From positions 510,548 to 574,547 of the forward strand of contig CBDDQA010000006.1 of assembly GCA_965232605.1 (NCBI GenBank): a DNA stretch of 64,000 nucleotides, written 5' to 3'. The translations under genes and the position numbers were made by a program. Under the pieces are notes generated by a model. That model saw only the letters and a program-made list of their open reading frames with translations, ran no database searches and had not been told where the DNA came from. The DNA is from an uncultured Candidatus Binatia bacterium. Its GTDB lineage: Bacteria > Desulfobacterota > Binatia > Bin18. This document shows positions 11,790 through 21,213 of the stretch, piece by piece. The first letter of the stretch is position 1; every line of letters begins with the position of its first letter.

Positions 11790-13580
11790 TTAGAGCGTGG
11801 CCCGGAGGTCGGTCAGAAATCCCTGAATGACCTGAAAGCCCTGGTCCCAGAATTCGGGCTGATTGATGTCTATACGCATCTGCGCCAGGGCGTGTTCCGG
11901 CCGCTGGGAGCCGCCGCTTTCCAATAGGCGTACATACCCAGGCACAAAGTCTTCCCCCTGGTCGAGATAACGCTGATACAGGGCCAGGGTGAGCAACTCG
12001 CCAAACGGATAGGAATAGCAGTAGAACCGGCTGTGAATAAAATGCGGAATATACGACCAGCCCCAGCGATAGACGGGCAGCAGCTCAACGCTCTCACCAA
12101 AGAGCTTGCCCTGTTCGGCCATCCACAGCTCGCACAGGTCGTCGGCGCTGAGCTGCCCGTCCCGGCGCTTGGTATGCGCCGCCATCTCAAAGCGGGTCAG
12201 GGCGGTTTGGCGAAAGACCGTGCCGTACATCTCCTCCAGAACCCCGCACAGCAGGGCGCGGCGCGTGTCCGGCGACTCGGCCTTATCCAGCAGGTGCCGG
12301 GTCAACACGATTTCCGCAAAGACCGAGGCCGTCTCGGCAAGCACCAGGGGCGCGTCGTAGTGCAGGAATTTCTGACGCCGCGCCAGCAGGTAATGAATGC
12401 CGTGGCCCAGCTCGTGGGCTATGGTCGAGACCGCGCGTCCGGTGCCGGTATAGCTGCACAGCACATACGGATGGTGGGCGGGCGACAGGGCCGCACAAAA
12501 GGCGCCGCCGCGCTTCCCGGCGCGGACTTCGGCATCAATCCACCGGTTCTGGAAAAACTCCTCGGCCAGGGCCGTAAACCGGTCGTTAAAATTCCCGAAA
12601 GCGGTCAGGATCAAATCCCGAGCGTCGGCAAAGGAGATTTCCTCGGCCTCGGTTTCAATCGGGGCGTACAGGTCCGTGTTCTTGAGGCGTTCGACCCCGA
12701 GCAATTCCGCCTTCAGCCGAAAATATTCCTGGACCAGAGGATAGTGGCGTTCGACAGCCTGCATCATCGCCTCGACCGTTGGGGGGGCGATCTCGTTCGA
12801 CAGATGGGTGGGTAGGGTCACATCGTCGTACTGACGCTGCTCGCACTCGATTTTATGATCGAGCAGCAGATTGTTAAAAACGGCGGTCAGGACAAGCGCG
12901 TGCTGGGCGTAGGTTTCTAAGAATATGGTCAGAGCCCGCTCACGTAGCCCGCCGTCCGGATGGCGCAGCAGTGCCATGATCTCACCGTCGGTGAGCAGGT
13001 GTTCTTCGCCGTCCCTGGTGAGTGAAAACCGGAGCGAGCCGCTGAGTTCGTCGAAGAGCTGCCGAAAGGCGTGTTTGCCCGACAGGCTTTTCTGATTGAG
13101 GAGTTGCTCCTCTTTTTCACTCAACGTATGCGGCTTAAAGCGCCGGACGACTTCCAGATAGTGTTGATAGTCTTGCAGCTCCGGTGTGGTGAGGAGCTGG
13201 GTAAGCTGCTCGTCCGGTAACGCAATGAGTTCCAGAGAGAAGAAGACCAGCAGGTTCTCAATACTGGTAGCGGCTTCGCGCGTGTGCTGAACAAGCTGCT
13301 GGGCCGATTGGTTCTGGGTGTCAGCCGCAAACAGGAGCGAGGCATAAAAGGCGGGGCGGCGCCGGAGTTCGGTAATAGCTTCATACTCGGCCAAGGCCTG
13401 GGCGAGTGTCGTCCCATCGACCTGCCCGTTCTCAATCTTGCCACGGTAGGTCTCCGCAAAGACTTCCGCTCGACGGCGCGCCTCCGCCAGGTCAGCCTCA
13501 CGCTGCGGGTCGTCCGGGTCGGCGTACAGTCCTCCCAGGTCCCAGCGTACGCCTGCTGCTTTGAGTCCGGATTGCTGCAT
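11790..13580 (-). CDS. pepF: oligoendopeptidase F (M3 family zinc metallopeptidase)
   Basis: HELGHGIH zinc-binding motif. 596-aa M3B-like architecture. Confidence 0.8.
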   Translation of the reverse strand: MQQSGLKAAGVRWDLGGLYADPDDPQREADLAEARRRAEVFAETYRGKIENGQVDGTTLAQALAEYEAITELRRRPAFYASLLFAADTQNQSAQQLVQHTREAATSIENLLVFFSLELIALPDEQLTQLLTTPELQDYQHYLEVVRRFKPHTLSEKEEQLLNQKSLSGKHAFRQLFDELSGSLRFSLTRDGEEHLLTDGEIMALLRHPDGGLRERALTIFLETYAQHALVLTAVFNNLLLDHKIECEQRQYDDVTLPTHLSNEIAPPTVEAMMQAVERHYPLVQEYFRLKAELLGVERLKNTDLYAPIETEAEEISFADARDLILTAFGNFNDRFTALAEEFFQNRWIDAEVRAGKRGGAFCAALSPAHHPYVLCSYTGTGRAVSTIAHELGHGIHYLLARRQKFLHYDAPLVLAETASVFAEIVLTRHLLDKAESPDTRRALLCGVLEEMYGTVFRQTALTRFEMAAHTKRRDGQLSADDLCELWMAEQGKLFGESVELLPVYRWGWSYIPHFIHSRFYCYSYPFGELLTLALYQRYLDQGEDFVPGYVRLLESGGSQRPEHALAQMRIDINQPEFWDQGFQVIQGFLTDLRATL

Positions 13581-13684
13581 ATCCCATCCTTTCTTCGGCT
13601 CACGCCTGTGGAGTGCGTCTCTGTCTTCTTGTATGTCTCCTCCAGACCTGTCAAGAATAGGGCAGACATAAGGAGGGATGATTC

Positions 13685-14143
13685 ATGGTGACAAACGGTG
13701 TGTCCCATATTGCAGTTGGCGTGCGTGACATGGACGCCTCGCTCCGGTTTTATCGTGATCTGCTCGGCTTTGAGGTGGTCCGGGACGAAGTGCAATCCAC
13801 CCAGGGGACGGTCCTGCCGGCCTTGTATAAAGAGCCGCACGACCAGCGGCGGGTGGCGACATTGTATTGGAAGAAAGGCCCTCACGAAGCATTTTTGGTC
13901 TTATCCGAACATTCGGACAAGCCGGTCAGTGGCGAGCCGATCAAACTCGATCAGATCGGTATCCATCACTACGCCTTTTGGGTGGAGAATCTTCCCCAGG
14001 TCTATGCAGAATTGAAGGCCAAGGGCGCCGACTTTGTCGTGGCGCCGACCGTCACAAAAACAAAAGACGGTAACTTTAACAGTGCCTTCCTGCGTGACCC
14101 GGATGGCATTCTGGTTCAGCTTGACGAGTTGGTGGAAGACTAA
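13685..14143 (+). CDS. VOC family protein (glyoxalase/bleomycin-resistance/dioxygenase fold)
   Basis: HIAVGVRDMDASLRFYRDLLGFEV. AGGAGGG ribosome-binding site. Confidence 0.7.
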   Translation: MVTNGVSHIAVGVRDMDASLRFYRDLLGFEVVRDEVQSTQGTVLPALYKEPHDQRRVATLYWKKGPHEAFLVLSEHSDKPVSGEPIKLDQIGIHHYAFWVENLPQVYAELKAKGADFVVAPTVTKTKDGNFNSAFLRDPDGILVQLDELVED

Positions 14144-14204
14144 TACGCGGGTTATAGATCAGGCTGTGTATACATCAATTGTGTGCAGTAAGGCGTCAGG
14201 TATA

Positions 14205-15542
14205 TCAGCTTGTGAGTCTCTGCTTCTCCAGATATTTCGCCTCTGACTCCAGCAGCCTCAGTTGTTCATGTCGCGGTTCATACGAATGCTCGTGTGGATT
14301 CTCTGACGCCGTCTGATGGTATTCCCTTTTTGCCCGGCCATACGTCGCGGAAGTACAATACTCAAACAACTCCTTTTTACTATTTCTTTTTCGGATGACT
14401 CTTGAGGAAACATTCTTGAATCCATGTGCAAGAAGAGACTCCTCATATAAGTCGGGCGTGGCTACAGGGACACCATAGAAAGTACTATTGCCTATAATGT
14501 AATGTACTTCAGCGCTAGGTTTCAGCGCGGATTGAATCGATCGGATGTGTTCGTCCATATCATAAAAATATTTCTTCACGTACAGCGAAAGTAGTTCGCT
14601 ATTCTTTTCTCCGGTCCTTTTAATTTTTTCCACAACCGTATCCAAGGAATGCATCGCGCACTCATGGGTAGGCGACCAAGTGGTTAAGCGGCTGGTTGCA
14701 ATTCCCCAGGTGCCTCCAATTGCCTGCCAATCCAGTTCACCCGCCTCTCGCGCCTCGCCCAGAAAACCAAGCCAAAACATATAGGGACGAAGCTCCCGGA
14801 TATAGCTTATACGATTTGGGTAGGGGGGAGAGGTAACAATGGCATCGAATTGTGACTCCTCATGAAAGGGAGAAGCGCTATTGTGCAAGTGAACGACCCC
14901 TTTTCCCGATAAAGGCGCTATCGCACTGGCAATGAAGGCTTCTGCATAGCTCTCGAAGGCCAGAAGAATTTCCTGCTTCGAGTGAGATACGGTGTCATCC
15001 TGAAAGGAAACCGAAACGTGATTAAACGCTGCGGCGGAATACTCAATAGCCACTCTAGCGAACGCTATCCAGAGTAGAGAAAGAAAGCCAGCATTCTTCG
15101 GTTCGTCGATTATTTTGACGAGCGAAGCGCGAAGTTGGGCAAGTATTATGAGCGTATCCCTACTCCACCATCTTTCGATGTTCTTGAGGGGCGGAAGCCA
15201 CAAAGATTCATCCTGAGTGTCTGTGGCGCTGAGAACAACCTTCCGTAAGGCGTCTCGAAGGGCCGCTATATCGTCTCCAGACACATTCGCGAGCTTGATG
15301 TTGCCGAACCAGACCAGAAAAGGGTTAATATCAAACAACGTGCTTTTGTAGCCGCGTTCTGCGGCCACAACTCCGGTAGTGGCTGTCCCTGAGAATGGGT
15401 CGAGGATGTTACGGGTGTCTGGCAAATCGTCAATGATCCTGCCAACAAGTTTGACCGAGTAGGCAGGAGTCAGCCGCAGCCATCCGTGCCGCCCCAACGA
15501 GCGATTATATTTGAAGGTGTAGTCCGAGCGCTGAGATATCAT
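14205..15542 (-). CDS. DNA methyltransferase (motif I LDPFSGTATTG, motif IV TSPPYPN; N4C/N6A amino-methyltransferase)
   Basis: Methyltransferase motifs present. GC about 48%. Overlaps the upstream gene by ATGA. Confidence 0.75.
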   Translation of the reverse strand: MISQRSDYTFKYNRSLGRHGWLRLTPAYSVKLVGRIIDDLPDTRNILDPFSGTATTGVVAAERGYKSTLFDINPFLVWFGNIKLANVSGDDIAALRDALRKVVLSATDTQDESLWLPPLKNIERWWSRDTLIILAQLRASLVKIIDEPKNAGFLSLLWIAFARVAIEYSAAAFNHVSVSFQDDTVSHSKQEILLAFESYAEAFIASAIAPLSGKGVVHLHNSASPFHEESQFDAIVTSPPYPNRISYIRELRPYMFWLGFLGEAREAGELDWQAIGGTWGIATSRLTTWSPTHECAMHSLDTVVEKIKRTGEKNSELLSLYVKKYFYDMDEHIRSIQSALKPSAEVHYIIGNSTFYGVPVATPDLYEESLLAHGFKNVSSRVIRKRNSKKELFEYCTSATYGRAKREYHQTASENPHEHSYEPRHEQLRLLESEAKYLEKQRLTS

Positions 15543-16333
15543 TCCGGTCGTAGTAAAGTTTCTAAAATACCTTCAATTTCTGTCCGAATTACCTGCCCGT
15601 TCGCTTCGAAAAAACCCGCAAGATCATAACCAACGACCTCATCCATAAAATCGTACAGTGATGTAAAAGGTCCGGAATCTCGGACACCTGTCAAAATACC
15701 GCATCGGTTATTGCGATAGCGTAACACAATGTCGGAATCAATTTGACTCGAGAAGACCGCAAATACTGGAAGATAGCCGTGCGACCACGCTACGGTGGCG
15801 TTATCAATATCAGCGTTCTGTCTCTTCGAATCTTTGCTCTTGTAGCCCTGACGTATCTCAAATACCGCCCCACGACGAGGAACCTCTGGTATGTCAAGCT
15901 GCCTGCAGTAGTCTACCAGCCACTTTCGAGTTCTCTCTCGAACATCTCTTCTGGCAATGTCCTCTAGTCCCAAACGACCGTCAAGGGACAATTTCTTTGA
16001 CTCGCCCGACCGAGTTTTTGTGGAGTAAGACCACGTCAATGATGCTCGGTCCACATATCCCGCAGCGTCGAACAGGACTTCACGGAAAAGCCGCTCACAG
16101 TCAATTCCAATTTGTCGATAGACGGATGTCATTCCTCCAGCGGCTTTGTGGGCTGCGTACATCAAGTCAGAATCCAGCCCTATCCATGAATAAAAGGGAT
16201 CGCTTCCATATAAATTTTTGAAGTCGATAAGTACCAAGCCCTGTTTTCGTGCCGAGGAGCCGAATTTCGGGGTGTAATATGCACACTTACGGATCGGCTC
16301 AAGGAAAATTCCAAGATAATCGATTTCAGACAT
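15539..16333 (-). CDS. putative Type II restriction endonuclease (cognate of the 14205..15542 methyltransferase)
   Basis: Low-GC ORF translationally coupled upstream of the methyltransferase. No homology is assignable from sequence alone; AVFEIRQGYK is a possible ExK motif. Confidence 0.45.
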   Translation of the reverse strand: MSEIDYLGIFLEPIRKCAYYTPKFGSSARKQGLVLIDFKNLYGSDPFYSWIGLDSDLMYAAHKAAGGMTSVYRQIGIDCERLFREVLFDAAGYVDRASLTWSYSTKTRSGESKKLSLDGRLGLEDIARRDVRERTRKWLVDYCRQLDIPEVPRRGAVFEIRQGYKSKDSKRQNADIDNATVAWSHGYLPVFAVFSSQIDSDIVLRYRNNRCGILTGVRDSGPFTSLYDFMDEVVGYDLAGFFEANGQVIRTEIEGILETLLRPE

Positions 16334-16466
16334 GGAGAAGTATTGTTCATTCTGGCTAACACCGGGCTAGGCGAACCGCAAGCCTCTTGGATGGAGCGGG
16401 CAGATTGACCACGCTTCATTTCTTTTGCTACGAGTGACATTCTCACCTGTACGAAAGGTTTCTAGC

Positions 16467-17819
16467 ATGACACAACCATACGCGCTCACTATCGCCACTG
16501 CCGCCGAACGGATTCGTACCCAGCAGCTCTCTCCCGTGACCCTGGTCCAATCCTGTTTGGACCGCCTGGACCAACTTGAACCGCAACTCCGCGCCTGGGT
16601 GACGGTTGACGGTGAGGGGGCCTTAGCCACCGCCCAGCAGTATGAAACGGAAATCAATAGCGGACACTACCGGGGTCCGCTGCACGGCATCCCGCTCGGC
16701 CTCAAAGATATTTTCTTTACTGCGGGGATGAAGACAACGATGGGCTCGCCTATTTATGCCAACTATGTCCCGGACTATGACGCCACCGCGGTGCGCCGCC
16801 TCAAGGAAGCCGGAGCCATCATTCTGGGCAAAGTCCAGACCACGGAATTCGCCGCCCTGGCTCCGTCGCCCACCCGCAATCCCTGGAATATTGAACATAC
16901 GCCGGGCGGCTCCAGCAGCGGGTCTGCGGCTGCGGTGGCCGCGCAGGTGTGCTTTGGCGCCTTGGGCTCTCAGACCTATGGCTCGACCATACGCCCGGCC
17001 GCCTACTGTGGCTGCGTTGGCCTCAAGCCGACCTTTGGCCGGATTAGCGCCTACGGCGTCTATCCCCTGGCGGGCAGTCTGGACCATGTGGGGATTTTTT
17101 CCCGGACCGTGGCAGATACGGCCCTGCTGCTTCAGGTTCTGGCCGGCGAGGATGCCAACGACCCGATGAGTGCGGCGCAACCGGTTCCGGACTACACCGC
17201 CGCCCTGGCCGACCCGCCGCCGCCCCGTATCGGTCTGGTCCGGGAGTTCTTTCTTGAAAAAGCCGATGCGGAAACCCAGCAGCATATTGAGGCAGTGGTG
17301 GAGCAACTGACCCAGGCCGGGGCGCAGATCACCGAGGTTGCCCTCCCGGAGAGCTTCAAGGGCGAGCCCGAAGCCCACTTCAGGATGATGTTCGTTGAAT
17401 CGGCCTATTCACACACTGAGGTCTACAACCGGTATAAACAGCAGTACAGCCCGCAGATGCAGGACTTGATCGAGAAGGGCCTCCAGGTCTCCGGTGTGGA
17501 GTATATGGAGGCCCAACGCCACCAGCACACGTTTCGGACTGAGATGGACACACTCTGCCGGACGGTTGACGCCCTGCTGACTCCGGCAACTCCAGCCCCC
17601 GCGCCCAAAGGCTTCGCCACCACCGGTGATCCGACCTTTAACGGTCCGGCAACCTTTTCCGGCCTGCCAAGCCTGGCCTTGCCCTCAGGGCTGAGTCAAA
17701 CCGGCCTGCCCCTGGGTCTGCAACTCATGGGCGCGGCCTTTCGCGAAGACCAACTGCTGGCGGTGGGTGAGTGGTGTGCGGACGTGCTGGCCTTCTCGGA
17801 GACACCATCGGGCGCATAA
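16467..17819 (+). CDS. amidase (amidase-signature family, GatA-like)
   Basis: GGSSSGSAAAVAA signature and LKDIFFTAGMKTT. Confidence 0.8.
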   Translation: MTQPYALTIATAAERIRTQQLSPVTLVQSCLDRLDQLEPQLRAWVTVDGEGALATAQQYETEINSGHYRGPLHGIPLGLKDIFFTAGMKTTMGSPIYANYVPDYDATAVRRLKEAGAIILGKVQTTEFAALAPSPTRNPWNIEHTPGGSSSGSAAAVAAQVCFGALGSQTYGSTIRPAAYCGCVGLKPTFGRISAYGVYPLAGSLDHVGIFSRTVADTALLLQVLAGEDANDPMSAAQPVPDYTAALADPPPPRIGLVREFFLEKADAETQQHIEAVVEQLTQAGAQITEVALPESFKGEPEAHFRMMFVESAYSHTEVYNRYKQQYSPQMQDLIEKGLQVSGVEYMEAQRHQHTFRTEMDTLCRTVDALLTPATPAPAPKGFATTGDPTFNGPATFSGLPSLALPSGLSQTGLPLGLQLMGAAFREDQLLAVGEWCADVLAFSETPSGA

Positions 17820-17843
17820 TCGTCGAGGCGACTGGTCGGTCTC

Positions 17844-18275
17844 TCAACTGACCAACAGCGCTATCCCCCCGACAATGAAAATCGTCCCGGCCACGTCGGC
17901 CTTGGTGATGCGCTCACTATCGTGCAGGACCAGATGGCTCAGGATAAGCGTGACGAGCGGTACGGCTGAGGTGAAGGGAGCCACAACCACGGCGGGCAGG
18001 TATTCCAGCGCAAAGAACAGCGAAAAAATAGCCAGCGTTGAGGTCAGGCCGGCCAGACCAAAATATACACCCGCCCGACGCGGTAAGGAGAATAGCTGGC
18101 CGGCCTGGCCGCTCGCAAAAAAATAGGCCGCATACACCACCACGCCGGCAAGAATGCCGATACACGCCCCAAGCACAGGCTCATTGCTCGCCTGCAAACC
18201 GAGCTTGGCCAGAATGGGATTCATGCCGTAACAAAAGGCGGCCAGAAACGGATAGAGGAGATGGCTCGTCCTCAT
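17844..18275 (-). CDS. EamA/DMT-superfamily transporter, C-terminal half-size unit
   Basis: 143-aa 4-5 TM protein. Its start overlaps the stop of the upstream half by ATGA. Confidence 0.6.
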   Translation of the reverse strand: MRTSHLLYPFLAAFCYGMNPILAKLGLQASNEPVLGACIGILAGVVVYAAYFFASGQAGQLFSLPRRAGVYFGLAGLTSTLAIFSLFFALEYLPAVVVAPFTSAVPLVTLILSHLVLHDSERITKADVAGTIFIVGGIALLVS

Positions 18276-18733
18276 CCTCGACCTTCCCAGCGGTTTTGTC
18301 CGGTCAGAATCACCACCCCGGCCACGACGCTCAGGATGCCGCTCAGAATCTTGAGAGTGATATCCTCATGCAAAAAAAGCAGCGCAAAAACCGTCGTAAA
18401 AAGCGGGGCGGTATTCACCAGGGGCGTGCTCTTGGCCGCCCCCAGATGAGCAACCCCCAAGTAGTTACACATCCGGCCTAAACACGGACCAACAACGCCC
18501 GCGGCGATAAACCACAGCGCAGCCTGGGGTGTAATCACCTGCGTTACCGAACGCGGGTGAAGCGCAAAGACCAGAGCCATCAACGGCAGGCTGGCACCCA
18601 AGCCGCACAGCAGCCCGACCGAGACACTCGCGTACGGCAGCCCCTTGCGGATCAAGATGGGTGACATCCCCCACAGGCCGGCCGCGGCGAGGGCAAAAAT
18701 TTCACCGTAGAACACGCCACCTCCAAGCCTCAA
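18272..18733 (-). CDS. EamA/DMT-superfamily transporter, N-terminal half-size unit
   Basis: 153-aa hydrophobic protein with EamA-like helices. Confidence 0.6.
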   Translation of the reverse strand: MRLGGGVFYGEIFALAAAGLWGMSPILIRKGLPYASVSVGLLCGLGASLPLMALVFALHPRSVTQVITPQAALWFIAAGVVGPCLGRMCNYLGVAHLGAAKSTPLVNTAPLFTTVFALLFLHEDITLKILSGILSVVAGVVILTGQNRWEGRG

Positions 18734-19010
18734 TCGCCCTCATAAACGGAACAATGATTGCAGAAAATTTCGCCTGAGGGTCTCCCCGCAGGGATAAGAA
18801 CAGGAAATGGAGATGAGGACAACTCGGCCTGGTTCCTCTCTCCATCGTTCAGGCTGAGGAGGGGTATTGAGCGGTGGTTCAGTTGACACAACGGACCGGA
18901 CAGGCATACACGCAAAGGACAAACTGCCCCGGCTGGGGTATGCACAGCGAGGGCACCTGAGAAGAACAGGTGCCACAGCCCGGACAGATGGAAGGACAAA
19001 GGAGAGACTG

Positions 19011-19541
19011 ATGTCAACAATCAGGCGTGTTGTTACAGGTCACCGAGCGGACGGCAAATCCATTATTGCGAGCGATGGAGCAGTGACAGGCATTCAGGTC
19101 CCCGGCTTACCCGGTGCGACGTTGGCCACCCTGTGGGGCGCGGACGAAACCCTTACCTATCCTGACGACGGGAGTGAACCGCGTCATCACGACTGGTTCC
19201 CGCCAGTCGGGGGGTTCCGCTTTGTCTCCTTTGTTTTAGCTCCGGACAGCACCCCGCCCGTGGAGGCCGACCCGGAAGCGACCACTGCCGAAGTCGAGCG
19301 CCTGTTTCCGGGGCTGCTGGCAACCATGGAACCGGACGATCCTGGGATGCATCGCTCGGCGACCGTCGATACGCTGTATATCGTGTCTGGGCGCTGCGTC
19401 CTCGAACTCGACGACGGCTCAAAAACCGAGCTTGGCGCAGGAGATGTGATCGTTCAGAGCGGGACCATGCACCGTTGGCACAACCCTTGGGATGAGCCCT
19501 GCCACGTCATCGCCTTTCTGGCCGGCGCGCATATGAAGTAG
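19011..19541 (+). CDS. cupin domain protein
   Basis: LYIVSGRCVLELDDGSKTELGAGDVIVQSGTMHRWHNP cupin motif. AAGGAGAG ribosome-binding site. Confidence 0.55.
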   Translation: MSTIRRVVTGHRADGKSIIASDGAVTGIQVPGLPGATLATLWGADETLTYPDDGSEPRHHDWFPPVGGFRFVSFVLAPDSTPPVEADPEATTAEVERLFPGLLATMEPDDPGMHRSATVDTLYIVSGRCVLELDDGSKTELGAGDVIVQSGTMHRWHNPWDEPCHVIAFLAGAHMK

Positions 19542-19557
19542 GACATGATAGGCCGGC

Positions 19558-20742
19558 ATGAATAAAAAAGCGCTCGCCTTATTGGGCTTAGGGCATCTGA
19601 TGGTTGACCTGAATACCGGCGCCCTGCCTGCCCTGCTGCCCTTTCTCAAAACAAGCTTTGGGTTGTCCTATACGATGATAGGAGCCCTCGTCCTGGTCGC
19701 CAATATGACGTCGTCCATTATTCAACCGCTCTTCGGCTATCTGTCTGACCGCAGCGCCCAAGCCTGGCTGCTGCCGTTCGGAGTCGTGGCCGCGACCTGC
19801 GGGATGGCCAGCGTGGGGCTGGTGACAAGCTACCCGGCCCTGCTCGCAGTCGTCTTCATCAGTGGGATCGGTATTGCCAGCTATCACCCCGAAGCCTATA
19901 AAACCGCCTACCTGTCTACCGGTGAGAAAAAGGCGACCGGTATCTCACTCTTTTCCGTGGGCGGCAACCTCGGCTTGGGGTTGGGCCCGCTGGCCGTCGC
20001 ATTTTGTCTGGCCGCTTTCGGCCAAAGTGGTCTCTTACTGTTCTGGATACCGGGGATTCTGGTTGGCGCGCTCTTTATGCGCTCCCTTCCCTGGCTGTCG
20101 CAAACCCGGCCGGCGCTCACCAACCCGGCTATGGCCGCAGTGGCCATTCCGCGTTCCGCTCTGGCCCTGGTGTTGAGTATTGTAACCCTCGGGGCCTGCG
20201 TCCACGCGGGTATGTCAACCTATGTTCCGCTCTATCTGGCCGACCAGGGCGGAGACACGCTCAAGGTCAGCTCGGTGCTGTCCTTATTCCTGATCGCCGG
20301 AGCGGCCGGCACGCTGCTGGGTGGGCCGCTGGCCGACCATATCGGCCACAAACGCTTCCTGGTCTATTGCACCGGACTGCTCTGCCCGTTGATCTTCCTC
20401 TTTCTGCAAACACACGGAACGACCAGTATCGTAATCTTGGGGCTGTCCGGGATGTGTCTGGCTCCGATGTTCTCTGTCACCCTGGTCATTGCTCAGGGTC
20501 TCATGCGGGGTCGGCTGGGTATCACCGCCGGCCTCATGACCGGCCTCGGTATTGGGGTGGGCGGTCTGGGGGTCGCCATTCTCGGAGCTGCGGCCGATAT
20601 GTGGGGGCTTGTAACCACCATGCAGTTCATCGCGCTCTTGCCTCTCCTGCCCTGGATATTGGTCTGGTTCCTCCCCAGTGATGCCCCCCAAGCAGTGGAG
20701 CCCAGCCCGACGCTCCAGCCGGCGACGGGGAAGAGTGCCTGA
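19558..20742 (+). CDS. MFS transporter
   Basis: 12 predicted TM segments and 394 aa. Confidence 0.75.
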   Translation: MNKKALALLGLGHLMVDLNTGALPALLPFLKTSFGLSYTMIGALVLVANMTSSIIQPLFGYLSDRSAQAWLLPFGVVAATCGMASVGLVTSYPALLAVVFISGIGIASYHPEAYKTAYLSTGEKKATGISLFSVGGNLGLGLGPLAVAFCLAAFGQSGLLLFWIPGILVGALFMRSLPWLSQTRPALTNPAMAAVAIPRSALALVLSIVTLGACVHAGMSTYVPLYLADQGGDTLKVSSVLSLFLIAGAAGTLLGGPLADHIGHKRFLVYCTGLLCPLIFLFLQTHGTTSIVILGLSGMCLAPMFSVTLVIAQGLMRGRLGITAGLMTGLGIGVGGLGVAILGAAADMWGLVTTMQFIALLPLLPWILVWFLPSDAPQAVEPSPTLQPATGKSA

Positions 20743-20916
20743 CCCACCGATATTCAGGTTGTCTTCACCGGAGTGATCTGCTAGTTTTTCGCTACTATTA
20801 CTGGGATTTTTTCGTCTGAACCGATTGTAAAGAACGCAACCCCGGAGGCCGTGCACGCGTCACCCGGGGTTTCTTTTTCGTGTGTACCTTTTTCGTGTGT
20901 AGTAAGAGGGGGTCTT

Positions 20917-21204
20917 ATGGCTGGACCACGTCGAAGAGGCGGCGGTGGTGGCAGGCGGAAGCGGAAGGAGCGGAATACCGAACCCGCAGTGGAAAAAGAT
21001 GTGATTGAAATGAATGGGACCGTCACCGAGGTGTTGCCCAACGCTTTCTTCCGCGTTGAGCTTGAGAACGGCCACTCCATCCTCGCCCATGTTGCGGGCA
21101 AGATGCGCAAGTTTTTTATTAAGATCATTCAGGGCGACAGCGTCACGGTTCAGCTCTCCCCGTACGACCTCGAACGTGGCCGGATCACCTTCCGCCATCG
21201 TTAG
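20917..21204 (+). CDS. infA: translation initiation factor IF-1 with Arg/Gly-rich N-terminal extension (alternative GTG start at 20989 gives the canonical 72 aa)
   Basis: [70 protein letters not shown] matches IF-1 residue by residue. A strong AGAGGGGG ribosome-binding site sits at the upstream ATG. Confidence 0.85.
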   Translation: MAGPRRRGGGGGRRKRKERNTEPAVEKDVIEMNGTVTEVLPNAFFRVELENGHSILAHVAGKMRKFFIKIIQGDSVTVQLSPYDLERGRITFRHR

Positions 21205-21213
21205 CGCGCCGCT

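Noticed and set aside
16180-16446. 88-aa minus-strand ORF between the endonuclease and amidase genes
   Set aside because: It overlaps the endonuclease start region and has no ribosome-binding site or motifs. Likely spurious.
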